Assembly (NCBI GenBank): GCA_003221005.1
Contig: QHTZ01000108.1
Span: 1-24,065 of the forward strand
Reading direction: 5' to 3'
From: Gemmatimonadota bacterium
GTDB lineage: Bacteria > Gemmatimonadota > Gemmatimonadetes > Gemmatimonadales > GWC2-71-9
DNA length: 24,065 bases
Below the pieces are notes generated by a model, which saw only the letters and a list, made by a program, of their open reading frames with translations, was not told where the DNA came from and did no database searches. Each line of letters starts with the position of its first letter. Position 1 is the stretch's first letter. A program made the translations under genes and the position numbers. Below are positions 1-7,441 of this stretch, one piece after another.

Positions 1-1
1 C

Positions 2-484
2 ACGTATTTCGAGGACGAGACCACGGGGATCACCACCCTCTACTTCACGAGCACCCGGCTCGGCGGGCCGGGGGACTACGACATCTATGCAAGCACCAGC
101 GTGGGCGACGACGGCGAGTTCGGGCCGGCCGTGCTGGTTCCAGAGCTCTCTGCAACGGGTCGCGACACCCGCACCGCCATTCGCCGCGACGGGCTCGAGA
201 TGTTCCTGTCGTCCGATGGGGCCGGGCGCGTCGGCGGCATCGGCAGCCAGGACGTCTGGGTGTCGACGCGCGCGACAACTCTCGACCCCTGGTCCACGCC
301 CGTGAACTTGGGGCCCACGGTCAACAGCACGGCCTTTGATGGCGCGCCGGCGCTCTCATTCAACGGGACCACCCTGTACTTCTTCTCGGAGCGGGCCGGG
401 GGGTTCGGGAAGCGCGATCTCTACGTCGCGACGCGCGCTCGACTCCGCGCGCCGGACGTGGCGGAGGGTGCGGGGACGAAATAG
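2..484 (+). CDS. PD40/WD40-like (TolB-type) beta-propeller protein, 5'-partial
   Basis: The frame of ORF 101..484 is open back to base 2 (TYFEDETTGITTLYFTSTRLGGPGDYDIYAS...). Repeated blade motifs LYFTSTR.GG.GD.DIY, MFLSSD..G..GSQDVWVSTR, P.NLGPTVNS...DGAPALS.NGTTLYFFSERAGGFGKRDLYV. Stop TAG at 482-484. Confidence 0.85.
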   Translation, partial: TYFEDETTGITTLYFTSTRLGGPGDYDIYASTSVGDDGEFGPAVLVPELSATGRDTRTAIRRDGLEMFLSSDGAGRVGGIGSQDVWVSTRATTLDPWSTPVNLGPTVNSTAFDGAPALSFNGTTLYFFSERAGGFGKRDLYVATRARLRAPDVAEGAGTK

Positions 485-494
485 GGGAAATCAG

Positions 495-535
495 CCGTCA
501 CCTGACCCGTCACGGCTGGCTCACGGCGCCGTCAC
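495..535 (+). promoter_or_regulatory. Array of four phased direct repeats (CCGTCAC-like), candidate transcription-factor operator
   Basis: CCGTCAC 495-501, CCGTCAC 507-513, GGCTCAC 518-524, CCGTCAC 529-535; TCAC cores spaced 12/11/11 nt. Intergenic, upstream of a TAnnnT hexamer (TAGCGT 559-564) and the RBS of the next gene. Confidence 0.55.
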
Positions 536-592
536 GCCTGCACCTCAAACTGGCTGGGTAGCGTGCGGGCCAGTGAAGGGAAGGCGATCCCA

Positions 593-598
593 AGGAGG
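593..598 (+). promoter_or_regulatory. Shine-Dalgarno AGGAGG for the lipoprotein gene
   Basis: AGGAGG at 593-598, 4 nt before ATG 603. Confidence 0.75.
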
Positions 599-602
599 CT
601 GT

Positions 603-2615
603 ATGCGAAGCGTGAGCGATCTGGGCGTCCGCCTGAGCGGCGTCGCCGTGGGCATCCTGCTGCAGGCCCTGGCCGGGTGCAGCGACCCGAACAGCCCCGG
701 CACCGGCGCGATCGAAGTGACGGTGACCACGGTCGGGGCGGAGCGTCACCCAAATGGGTACAGCGTCGGCCTTGATGGCGGAGCTGGGCAGCTCGTCGCC
801 GTCAACGGTTCGGTCACCGTGACCGGCCTGAAGGCGGGCGATCACACGGTGGTGTTGGGTGACATCGCCCCTTGCACGCTCAACGGGTCTAACCCGCGAA
901 ACGTCAGCGTTGTCGCGGGCTCCACCACGCAGGTGGCGTTCGCGCTGAGCTGTTCCAGCGCGGTGAGCGTCGCCGGAGTGTGGGATTGGACCGAGCGGAT
1001 CAGCCCTCCGGGCGGCTACACGTGCAGCGACACAGGATCGTATGCCTTCGCCCAGGTCGGGCCAAGCTTCACCGGCACGTCCGATCAGGTGGGGAGCTGC
1101 AGCGGGTTCGGCAACGTGATCGACAATACTCGTTCAGACCCGTTGAGCAGCGGTCTGGTCTTCACGGGTGACAGCCTGCGCTTCAAGGTGGTCGCGTGCG
1201 TCTACCGTGGCGTGGTCTCGGGCGATCCCCCGAGCAGCATCAACGGCGTCGTAAGCTGCGACACGCTCAACCGGCCGCAGGGGACCTGGCAAGCGCATCC
1301 TGGCGGGCCTCCCGCGACGGTGACGGTGTCGCCGGACTCGCTCCGGAAGCTCGTGGGCGACTCGGGGCAGCTCACCGTTGCACTCCGCGATGCGGCGGGC
1401 AGCCGCGTGTTCCGTCGCCCCATCAGCTGGTCGAGCGGCAATCCGACTGTCGCGACCGTCGACCTCACGGGAATGGTGAAAGCGGTAGGGGCCGGGAAAA
1501 CGGGCATCACCGCCAGCGCCGGAGGCGCGAGCGGGACGGGCAAGGTGGGCGTGGAGCTGGGCGGCATCTTCCGGATCACAAGCCTGACCGGAGGCACAGA
1601 TCTCGACCCCACCGGGTACGTCCTCGCCGCGGGCGGCGTCGCGCGCCGCGTGGGAGTGAATACGACCGGCGATCTCCCCAGGCTGTTCGCCGGCACCTAC
1701 AGCGTGGGCCTGTCGGACGTCGCGAGCAACTGTACGGTGAGCGGGGACGACCCACGCATGCTCGCAGTCACCGAGGGTGGGACGACGACCTCCACGTTCC
1801 AGGTCACGTGCGTGCATACCACGAAGCTGGCGCTCTCGAGCTATGGATCGATCGGCGTGATCTATGCCGACGGATCGAATCTCGTCACGCTTGCTGCAGG
1901 GTCGGCGCCCAGCTGGTCGCCCGACGAGTCGCGGATCGCGTTCAGCTGTGCGGGCAGTGGCGGCGCGTACGACATCTGCACCGTCAGTCCCGATGGCACC
2001 GCGCTGGTGCGAGTGACGAGTGAGCAGTCGCCGGGGTTCATCGACGCGGCCTGGAAGCCGGACGGCTCGCAGATCGCGGCGGGGAGTCGCCGGGGCGGGA
2101 GTCTCGAACTCTACGTGATGAACCCGGACGGCAGCGGCGCGATGCCGATCACCAGAAACGTCGGTTATCGTGGCAGGCCGGCCTGGTCCCCGGACGGCAC
2201 GAAGATCGCGTTCGACTGCCAAGTGGACGCGGGCAACGACGACATCTGTGTCATCAATGCCGACGGTACCAGGTTTGCGCGCCTCACGAGCGATCCGGCG
2301 GCCGACGCGGCTGCAGCCTGGAAGCCGGACGGCTCGCAGATCGCCTTTGCGACCAGCCGGTACGGCGCCTTCGAAATCGTCCTGATGAGTTCCGAGGGAG
2401 GTGGCGTCGCGAGGATCAACGGCGGCACACCCGGACTCGACCCCGCGTGGTCCCGGGACGGCGCGAAGATCGCCTTCTCGCGCGAGGACGGCGGGTGCGA
2501 TCCCGATAACGGGTGCTACGACTCCTACGATGTCTATGTCATGAACGCTGACGGGAGCGCGCTCGTTCAGCTGAGCAGCGCCGGCGACGATCATGAGCCC
2601 GATTGGAGGCCGTAG
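603..2615 (+). CDS. Multi-domain lipoprotein: repeated beta-sandwich modules, Ig-like (Big_2-type) domain and C-terminal TolB-like PD40 propeller
   Basis: ATG 603 follows AGGAGG (ORF-track start at 336 overlaps the upstream gene). Signal peptide with lipobox LAG-C (Cys codon 678-680). Big_2-like segment VTVSP...VGDSGQL...WSSGNPTVATVD.TG.VKAVGAGKTGITA. Repeated P.WSPDG..IAF blades. 670 aa. Confidence 0.85.
   Translation: MRSVSDLGVRLSGVAVGILLQALAGCSDPNSPGTGAIEVTVTTVGAERHPNGYSVGLDGGAGQLVAVNGSVTVTGLKAGDHTVVLGDIAPCTLNGSNPRNVSVVAGSTTQVAFALSCSSAVSVAGVWDWTERISPPGGYTCSDTGSYAFAQVGPSFTGTSDQVGSCSGFGNVIDNTRSDPLSSGLVFTGDSLRFKVVACVYRGVVSGDPPSSINGVVSCDTLNRPQGTWQAHPGGPPATVTVSPDSLRKLVGDSGQLTVALRDAAGSRVFRRPISWSSGNPTVATVDLTGMVKAVGAGKTGITASAGGASGTGKVGVELGGIFRITSLTGGTDLDPTGYVLAAGGVARRVGVNTTGDLPRLFAGTYSVGLSDVASNCTVSGDDPRMLAVTEGGTTTSTFQVTCVHTTKLALSSYGSIGVIYADGSNLVTLAAGSAPSWSPDESRIAFSCAGSGGAYDICTVSPDGTALVRVTSEQSPGFIDAAWKPDGSQIAAGSRRGGSLELYVMNPDGSGAMPITRNVGYRGRPAWSPDGTKIAFDCQVDAGNDDICVINADGTRFARLTSDPAADAAAAWKPDGSQIAFATSRYGAFEIVLMSSEGGGVARINGGTPGLDPAWSRDGAKIAFSREDGGCDPDNGCYDSYDVYVMNADGSALVQLSSAGDDHEPDWRP
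2049..2344 (+). repeat. Exact 29-nt direct repeat within the PD40 region (copies 2049-2077 and 2316-2344)
   Basis: GCCTGGAAGCCGGACGGCTCGCAGATCGC occurs twice, 267 nt apart; both copies encode AWKPDGSQIA. Confidence 0.85.
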
Positions 2616-2650
2616 CGGGGGGAGGGCATGGGAGCCGTGGCCCGCCGCCG

Positions 2651-2678
2651 TTGACCCTATTGGGCCGCCGGTTAGCTT
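2651..2678 (+). promoter_or_regulatory. Putative sigma70-type promoter of pyrR-pyrB-pyrC
   Basis: TTGACC (2651-2656), 16-nt spacer, TAGCTT (2673-2678). Same -35 and near-identical -10 as the two promoters at 6659-6729. Confidence 0.6.
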
Positions 2679-2689
2679 CCAAGCCTGAG

Positions 2690-3253
2690 ATGAGCCGGCC
2701 TGAACGCACGATCATCCTGGACGCCCGCGCTTTGTCGCGGGCGCTTCAGCGTATGGCGGTCGAAGTGCTCGAGCTGGCCCACGGCACGGAGCATCTCGTG
2801 CTGATCGGGATCCAGCGGCGCGGCGTCGAGCTGGCCGAGCGCATCGCCAAGCTGATCGAAGAAGACGAGGGCGTGGTGGTCCCCCGGGGCGCCCTCGACA
2901 TCACGCTGTATCGCGACGATCTCGAGACCGTGGGGCCGAAGCCCGTGATCGGGCCCACCCATCTCCCCGGCGAGCTCACCGACAAACACGTGGTCATCGT
3001 GGACGACGTGCTCTACACCGGGCGCACCGTGCGTGCCGCGCTCGACGAGCTCGCCGACTTCGGGCGCCCGCGGCGCATCTCACTCTGTGTCCTCATTGAC
3101 CGGGGCGGCCGCGAGCTTCCCATCCAGGCTGACATCGTCGGCAAAGTCGTGAAGACCGCCCCCGGCGACCGCGTGGATGTGCTGGTGGAGGAGCTGGACG
3201 GGCGAGACCAGGTGGACCTTATCCGGGGTGCGCCCTCCGGGGTCGCGGCGTGA
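2690..3253 (+). CDS. pyrR: Bifunctional pyrimidine regulatory protein / uracil phosphoribosyltransferase
   Basis: [19 protein letters not shown] loop [33 protein letters not shown] 2690 chosen because the upstream extension overlaps the previous gene and the promoter. Precedes pyrB. Confidence 0.95.
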   Translation: MSRPERTIILDARALSRALQRMAVEVLELAHGTEHLVLIGIQRRGVELAERIAKLIEEDEGVVVPRGALDITLYRDDLETVGPKPVIGPTHLPGELTDKHVVIVDDVLYTGRTVRAALDELADFGRPRRISLCVLIDRGGRELPIQADIVGKVVKTAPGDRVDVLVEELDGRDQVDLIRGAPSGVAA

Positions 3254-4227
3254 CGGCCGCGCTGGACAAAGATCTCGTCGGCCTCGCGCCGCTCTCCGCT
3301 GAGCAGATCCGCCTCATTCTCGACACCGCCGAGCCGTTCAAAGAAGTCTCCGAGCGTCCCATCAAAAAAGTGCCCGCCCTGCGGGGCAAGACGATCGTCA
3401 ACCTCTTCTTCGAAGCCTCGACGCGCACGCGCATCTCCTTTGAGTTCGCGGAAAAGCGGCTCTCAGCCGACACGGTCAACGTGGCGGCGAGCGGGAGCGC
3501 CGTGCAGAAAGGGGAGACGCTCGTGGACACGGCGCGGAACCTCGAGGCGATGCGGATCGACATGGTGGTGATCCGGCATCCGTCGTCGGGAGCGGCCGAG
3601 TTCCTGGGGCGCCGGATTCGCTCCAACGTCGTCAACGCGGGCGACGGCAAGCACGAGCACCCGACGCAGGCCCTGCTGGACCTGCTCACGCTGCGCGACA
3701 AGTTTGGGCGCATCGAGGGGCTGAAGGTCTGCCTCGTCGGGGACGTGCTGCATTCGCGTGTGGCGCGATCCGACATCTGGGGCCTGCTGAAGCTCGGCGC
3801 GCAGGTGGCCGTATGCGGCCCGCGCACGCTGCTGCCGCGCCGCATCGAGGAGCTCGGCGTGACGGTGTTCGAGCACGTGGCGGACGCCATCCAGTGGGCG
3901 GACGCCCTCAACGTGCTGCGGCTGCAGCTCGAGCGTATGGAGGCGGGGTTCATCCCCTCGGTGCGCGAGTACTACCGCGTGTTCGGCGTGACCGCGGAGC
4001 GACTCGAGAAGGCGCCGCGGCCGCTCACCATAATGCACCCGGGCCCGATGAATCGCGGGGTGGAGATCGACAGCCGCGTGGCCGACGGTCCGCACAGCGT
4101 GATTCTCGATCAGGTGACGAACGGCGTCGCCGTCCGGATGGCGGTGCTGTATCTCCTGGCCGGCGGCAAGCCCGAGCTCGCCGACGCGGCCAAGCGTGGT
4201 GGGGGGCCGGGGGGACCACCCGACTGA
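3250..4227 (+). CDS. pyrB: Aspartate carbamoyltransferase catalytic subunit
   Basis: [76 protein letters not shown] overlap with pyrR. Confidence 0.97.
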   Translation: MTAALDKDLVGLAPLSAEQIRLILDTAEPFKEVSERPIKKVPALRGKTIVNLFFEASTRTRISFEFAEKRLSADTVNVAASGSAVQKGETLVDTARNLEAMRIDMVVIRHPSSGAAEFLGRRIRSNVVNAGDGKHEHPTQALLDLLTLRDKFGRIEGLKVCLVGDVLHSRVARSDIWGLLKLGAQVAVCGPRTLLPRRIEELGVTVFEHVADAIQWADALNVLRLQLERMEAGFIPSVREYYRVFGVTAERLEKAPRPLTIMHPGPMNRGVEIDSRVADGPHSVILDQVTNGVAVRMAVLYLLAGGKPELADAAKRGGGPGGPPD

Positions 4228-5522
4228 TGCAGCCCCTGCTCCTGAAGGGCGGCCGCGTGATCGACCCGAGCCGGAGCTTCGATCAAACAGCCGATGTCCT
4301 CGTCCAGGACGGCAAGATCGCCGCGGTCGGGCCGACGCTCGGCACTCCTGACGGCGTCGAGGTTCGGGACGTGCGGGGCGCGATCGTCGCCCCCGGCCTC
4401 GTGGACCTGCACGTGCACCTGCGCGAGCCAGGGAATGAGGACGTCGAGACGGTCGCGAGCGGCGCCCGGGCCGCGGCCGCGGGCGGGTTCACAGCGGTGT
4501 GCGCGATGCCCAACACCGACCCGGTCACGGACAATCAGGCGGCGGTCGGCTTCATCGTGCGCCAGTCGCTCCGCGCGGGGTGGGCGCGCGTCCATCCGAT
4601 CGGCGCGATCTCGGTCGGCCAGCAGGGCGGGCAGCTTGCCGAGCTCGGGGAGATGGTGGGGGCAGGGGCCGTCGCCGTGTCGGACGACGGCAGGCCGGTC
4701 GCCTCGAGCCACCTGATGCGCACCGCGCTCGAGTATGCACGCACCTTCGATATCCCCGTCGCCGACCACTGCGAGGAGCCGACGCTCGCGAGCGGCGGCG
4801 TCATGCACGAAGGGCTGGTCGCCGCGCGGCTCGGTCTCAAGGGAATCCCCGCCGCCGCCGAAGAGATCATGGTGGCGCGCGACCTGCTCCTCGCGGAGCT
4901 CACCGGCGGGCACGTGCATCTGTGCCACATGTCCACGCGTGGCTCGGTGGAGCTGATCCGGCGCGCCAAGGAGCGCGGCGTGCGCGTCACGGCGGAGGTG
5001 ACGCCACACCACCTCACGCTGACCGACCGCGCCTGTGAAGGATACGACACCCACGCCAAGATGAATCCGCCGCTGCGCGAGGACGCGGACGTGGCAGCGC
5101 TCCGCAGCGCGCTGCAGGAGGGCGTGATCGATTGCATCGCGTCCGACCACGCCCCCCACGCCTACGACGCCAAGGAGGCGGCGTTCGACGACGCCCCGTT
5201 CGGCGTCGTCGGCCTCGAGACCGCCTTCGGGGTCGCCCACACGGAGCTGGTCCAGGGCGACGTGTTGACGCTCCCGGAGCTCGTTGCACGGATGAGCACG
5301 ATCCCGGCGCGCGCCTTCCACCTCCCCGGCGGCACGCTCCAGCCTGGCGCTGCCGCGGACATCGTGGTGCTCGACCTCGCGACGTCGTGGACGGTCGATC
5401 CTGCGCGATTCCATTCCAAGAGCCGCAACTCGCCGTTCGCCGGCCGCCGCTTATGCGGGCGCGCCACCCTGACGCTCGTGGGGGGCAAAGTCGTGCACGA
5501 CGCGGGCGCGGCAACACCATGA
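4227..5522 (+). CDS. pyrC: Dihydroorotase (type I, large amidohydrolase form)
   Basis: ATG 4227 overlaps the pyrB stop (TGATG). DLHVHLREPG, AAAGGFT.VCAMPNT, DHCEE, HLCHMST, EVTPHHL, KMNPPLR, SDHAPH, SKSRNSPF. Confidence 0.96.
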   Translation: MQPLLLKGGRVIDPSRSFDQTADVLVQDGKIAAVGPTLGTPDGVEVRDVRGAIVAPGLVDLHVHLREPGNEDVETVASGARAAAAGGFTAVCAMPNTDPVTDNQAAVGFIVRQSLRAGWARVHPIGAISVGQQGGQLAELGEMVGAGAVAVSDDGRPVASSHLMRTALEYARTFDIPVADHCEEPTLASGGVMHEGLVAARLGLKGIPAAAEEIMVARDLLLAELTGGHVHLCHMSTRGSVELIRRAKERGVRVTAEVTPHHLTLTDRACEGYDTHAKMNPPLREDADVAALRSALQEGVIDCIASDHAPHAYDAKEAAFDDAPFGVVGLETAFGVAHTELVQGDVLTLPELVARMSTIPARAFHLPGGTLQPGAAADIVVLDLATSWTVDPARFHSKSRNSPFAGRRLCGRATLTLVGGKVVHDAGAATP

Positions 5523-5554
5523 GTGAATTGGCGTTACACCGCCAGTCGGTTTGT

Positions 5555-5563
5555 TGGTAGATT
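5555..5563 (+). promoter_or_regulatory. Extended -10 element (TGnTAGATT), probable leaderless promoter
   Basis: TG at 5555-5556 and TAGATT at 5558-5563, 6 nt before ATG 5570, in an AT-richer intergenic patch. No SD sequence. Confidence 0.55.
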
Positions 5564-5569
5564 TGTAGC

Positions 5570-6364
5570 ATGCCCAAAGGGCCTTCCAAGAGCACCGTGA
5601 TCATCCAGCGCCTGCTGGAGGAGCGGCGCCAGTACGAAGCCTGGCTCGCGCGCCTCAACGACTCGGCGGACGCGACTCCGGGTGACGTGCGGGCGCGCGT
5701 GCGATCCGACTACGAGGCGCGGCTCGCCGCGGTCACGGAGGAGCTCAAGGCTCACGCCGAAAGCGCCCGCCACGCTATCGAGGAGAAACGGTACCTGCGC
5801 GGCGAGCTCCAGAAGAAAGAAGCCCGTGCGGCGGAGAAGCTCACCGAAACCGAACTGCGCCACGCGGTCGGCGAGTACGACGAGTCGCAGTGGGAGCAGG
5901 TGCACAAAGACGTCCTGGCCGAGCTCATCTCGGTGCGCGAAGACCTCCAAGCGGTCGAAGTGGACCTCCAAAAGCTTCAGGAGCTGGACGCGTTGGTGAG
6001 CCACCGACCAGTCCCCCCGCCAAAAACCGCGCCCCCCTCACCTCGCCGTCAACCCCAGGCGAAGCCTGAGAGAGTCGCGGCAGAGGACGAGCTGGCGTTC
6101 ATCAAGTCGGTGACCGAGGATGACAAGGACACGGCGCCGTCGCCCAAGCGCGCGAGCGGCGCTCAGTTTCAGCCGGTGATCCCAGCGACCAACGCGCGCA
6201 GCGTTCCTGACTCGCCGTCCACGCCCACCGCCATTCCCACCCCCCGGCCCGACAGCGAAGACGTCGAACAACCCCACACGCTCAAGTGCAAGGAGTGCGG
6301 CACGATGAACCTGCCGACGGAGTGGTATTGCGAGCATTGTGGAGCAGAACTGGCGGCAGTCTAA
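5570..6364 (+). CDS. Hypothetical protein: N-terminal coiled coil, Pro-rich linker, C-terminal C4 zinc ribbon
   Basis: About 140 aa of E/K/R/L-rich helical sequence, then a low-complexity linker, then CKECGTMNLPTEWYCEHCG (CxxC-x10-CxxC). Confidence 0.85.
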   Translation: MPKGPSKSTVIIQRLLEERRQYEAWLARLNDSADATPGDVRARVRSDYEARLAAVTEELKAHAESARHAIEEKRYLRGELQKKEARAAEKLTETELRHAVGEYDESQWEQVHKDVLAELISVREDLQAVEVDLQKLQELDALVSHRPVPPPKTAPPSPRRQPQAKPERVAAEDELAFIKSVTEDDKDTAPSPKRASGAQFQPVIPATNARSVPDSPSTPTAIPTPRPDSEDVEQPHTLKCKECGTMNLPTEWYCEHCGAELAAV

Positions 6365-6382
6365 AGAAATTCGACGTCGCCT

Positions 6383-6637
6383 CTACTTACTGATCTTCTT
6401 CACATACGCCGCCAGCCTCGACTTGTGCCGCGCCGCGTTATTGGGATGGATGAGTCCCTTGCGGGCGGCGCGGTCGAGCAGGCGCACAGCGATCGCGTAG
6501 GCCTGAGCGGCCGCGGTCCCTGTGGCCTCACGCACGCGCTTCAATGCGGTGCGCAGCGCCGAGCGCTGGGCGCGATTGCGGTGCGTGCGGCTGCGCGCTT
6601 GGCGCATGGCTTTCTTGGCGGACTTGATGCGGGGCAA
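6383..6637 (-). CDS. rpsT: 30S ribosomal protein S20
   Basis: MPRIKSAKKAMRQ...RNRAQRSALRTALK...LDRAARKGLIHPNNAARHKSRL. TTG start with AGGAGG (6647-6642, minus strand) 4 nt upstream. Confidence 0.97.
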   Translation of the reverse strand: MPRIKSAKKAMRQARSRTHRNRAQRSALRTALKRVREATGTAAAQAYAIAVRLLDRAARKGLIHPNNAARHKSRLAAYVKKISK

Positions 6638-6658
6638 ACGGCCTCCTGGTGGGCGCGG

Positions 6659-6687
6659 AAGATAGGGGGTAAGTGCAGGTCGGTCAA
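6659..6687 (-). promoter_or_regulatory. Putative rpsT promoter
   Basis: Minus strand TTGACC (6687-6682), 17-nt spacer, TATCTT (6664-6659). Confidence 0.7.
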
Positions 6688-6699
6688 GGCACTACGTCA

Positions 6700-6729
6700 T
6701 TGACCGTGGCCCGGCGGATTCATTATCTT
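6700..6729 (+). promoter_or_regulatory. Putative promoter of the M50-to-birA gene run
   Basis: TTGACC (6700-6705), 18-nt spacer, TATCTT (6724-6729). Confidence 0.7.
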
Positions 6730-6787
6730 ACGCCGCTACCGACCCTAGAGCGCTGCCATCTCGTTCGAATTCCTCGTCTGGGCCCCC

Positions 6788-7441
6788 GTGCTGTTGTTCT
6801 CCGTGGTGGCCCACGAATACGCGCACGCCGAGGCTGCCTACCGCCAGGGCGACGATACCGCCTACATGCTCGGGCGGCTCACGTTGAATCCGCTGAAGCA
6901 TATCGATCCGTTCATGACGGTGCTGCTCCCGGTGCTGCTGTACGTGTCGCACGCGGGCTTCCTATTCGGCTCCGCCAAGCCGGTGCCGGTGAACCCGAGG
7001 AAGTACCGCAACTACCGGCGGGGGGACATCATCGTCTCGCTCGCCGGGATCGGGGCGAATCTGGGGCTGTACGTCGCGAGCGCCGTGTTGTTCGCCGCCG
7101 TCGGGTTCGTCGGATCCATGCTGCCCCGGCTCACGGGGTCGTTCGAGATCCTGCAGCGGATGCTGTTCTACGGGATGTTTCTCAATCTGGTGCTCGCGTT
7201 CTTCAACCTCATCCCGATCCCGCCGCTCGACGGCAGCCACGTCTTCTATCACCTGCTCCCGCCTGAGGCGGGGCTCAAGTACCGGCGCCTCTACATGTTG
7301 GGTTTCCTGCCGATCCTGATCGTCGTGTGGCTGCTGCCGGGCGTCGTCACCGTGCTGCTGTGGCCGGCCACCCAGCTGATGCATCTCGCCCTCTGGGCGG
7401 TTGGGGGGTTCGCGGTGTCGCAGGGCGTGTTCCCCACGTGA
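6788..7441 (+). CDS. Site-2 protease family (peptidase M50) intramembrane metalloprotease; true start possibly ATC 6758
   Basis: HEYAH (HExxH), GDDTA..LGRLTLNPLKHIDP, KPVPVNP, FNLIPIPPLDGSH; several transmembrane segments. Confidence 0.92.
   Translation: MLLFSVVAHEYAHAEAAYRQGDDTAYMLGRLTLNPLKHIDPFMTVLLPVLLYVSHAGFLFGSAKPVPVNPRKYRNYRRGDIIVSLAGIGANLGLYVASAVLFAAVGFVGSMLPRLTGSFEILQRMLFYGMFLNLVLAFFNLIPIPPLDGSHVFYHLLPPEAGLKYRRLYMLGFLPILIVVWLLPGVVTVLLWPATQLMHLALWAVGGFAVSQGVFPT

Noticed and set aside
495-2344. Short repeats as a possible CRISPR array or mobile-element ends
   Set aside because: There is no repeat-spacer periodicity at CRISPR scale and no cas, transposase or integrase gene. The 29-nt repeat is coding and occurs only twice.
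603-2615. Calling the propeller lipoprotein tolB
   Set aside because: It has no TolB N-terminal domain and no tolQ/tolR/tolA/pal context. Only the PD40 repeats are shared.
4198-4220. GGTGG-G-rich-CCACC stretch with two G6 runs at the end of pyrB
   Set aside because: The stem is short and lies in coding sequence (GGGPGGPP), which is unremarkable at this GC content.
6365-6382. Palindrome CGACGTCG between the convergent zinc-ribbon gene and rpsT as a bidirectional terminator
   Set aside because: It is only 8 bp with no loop, too weak to call.
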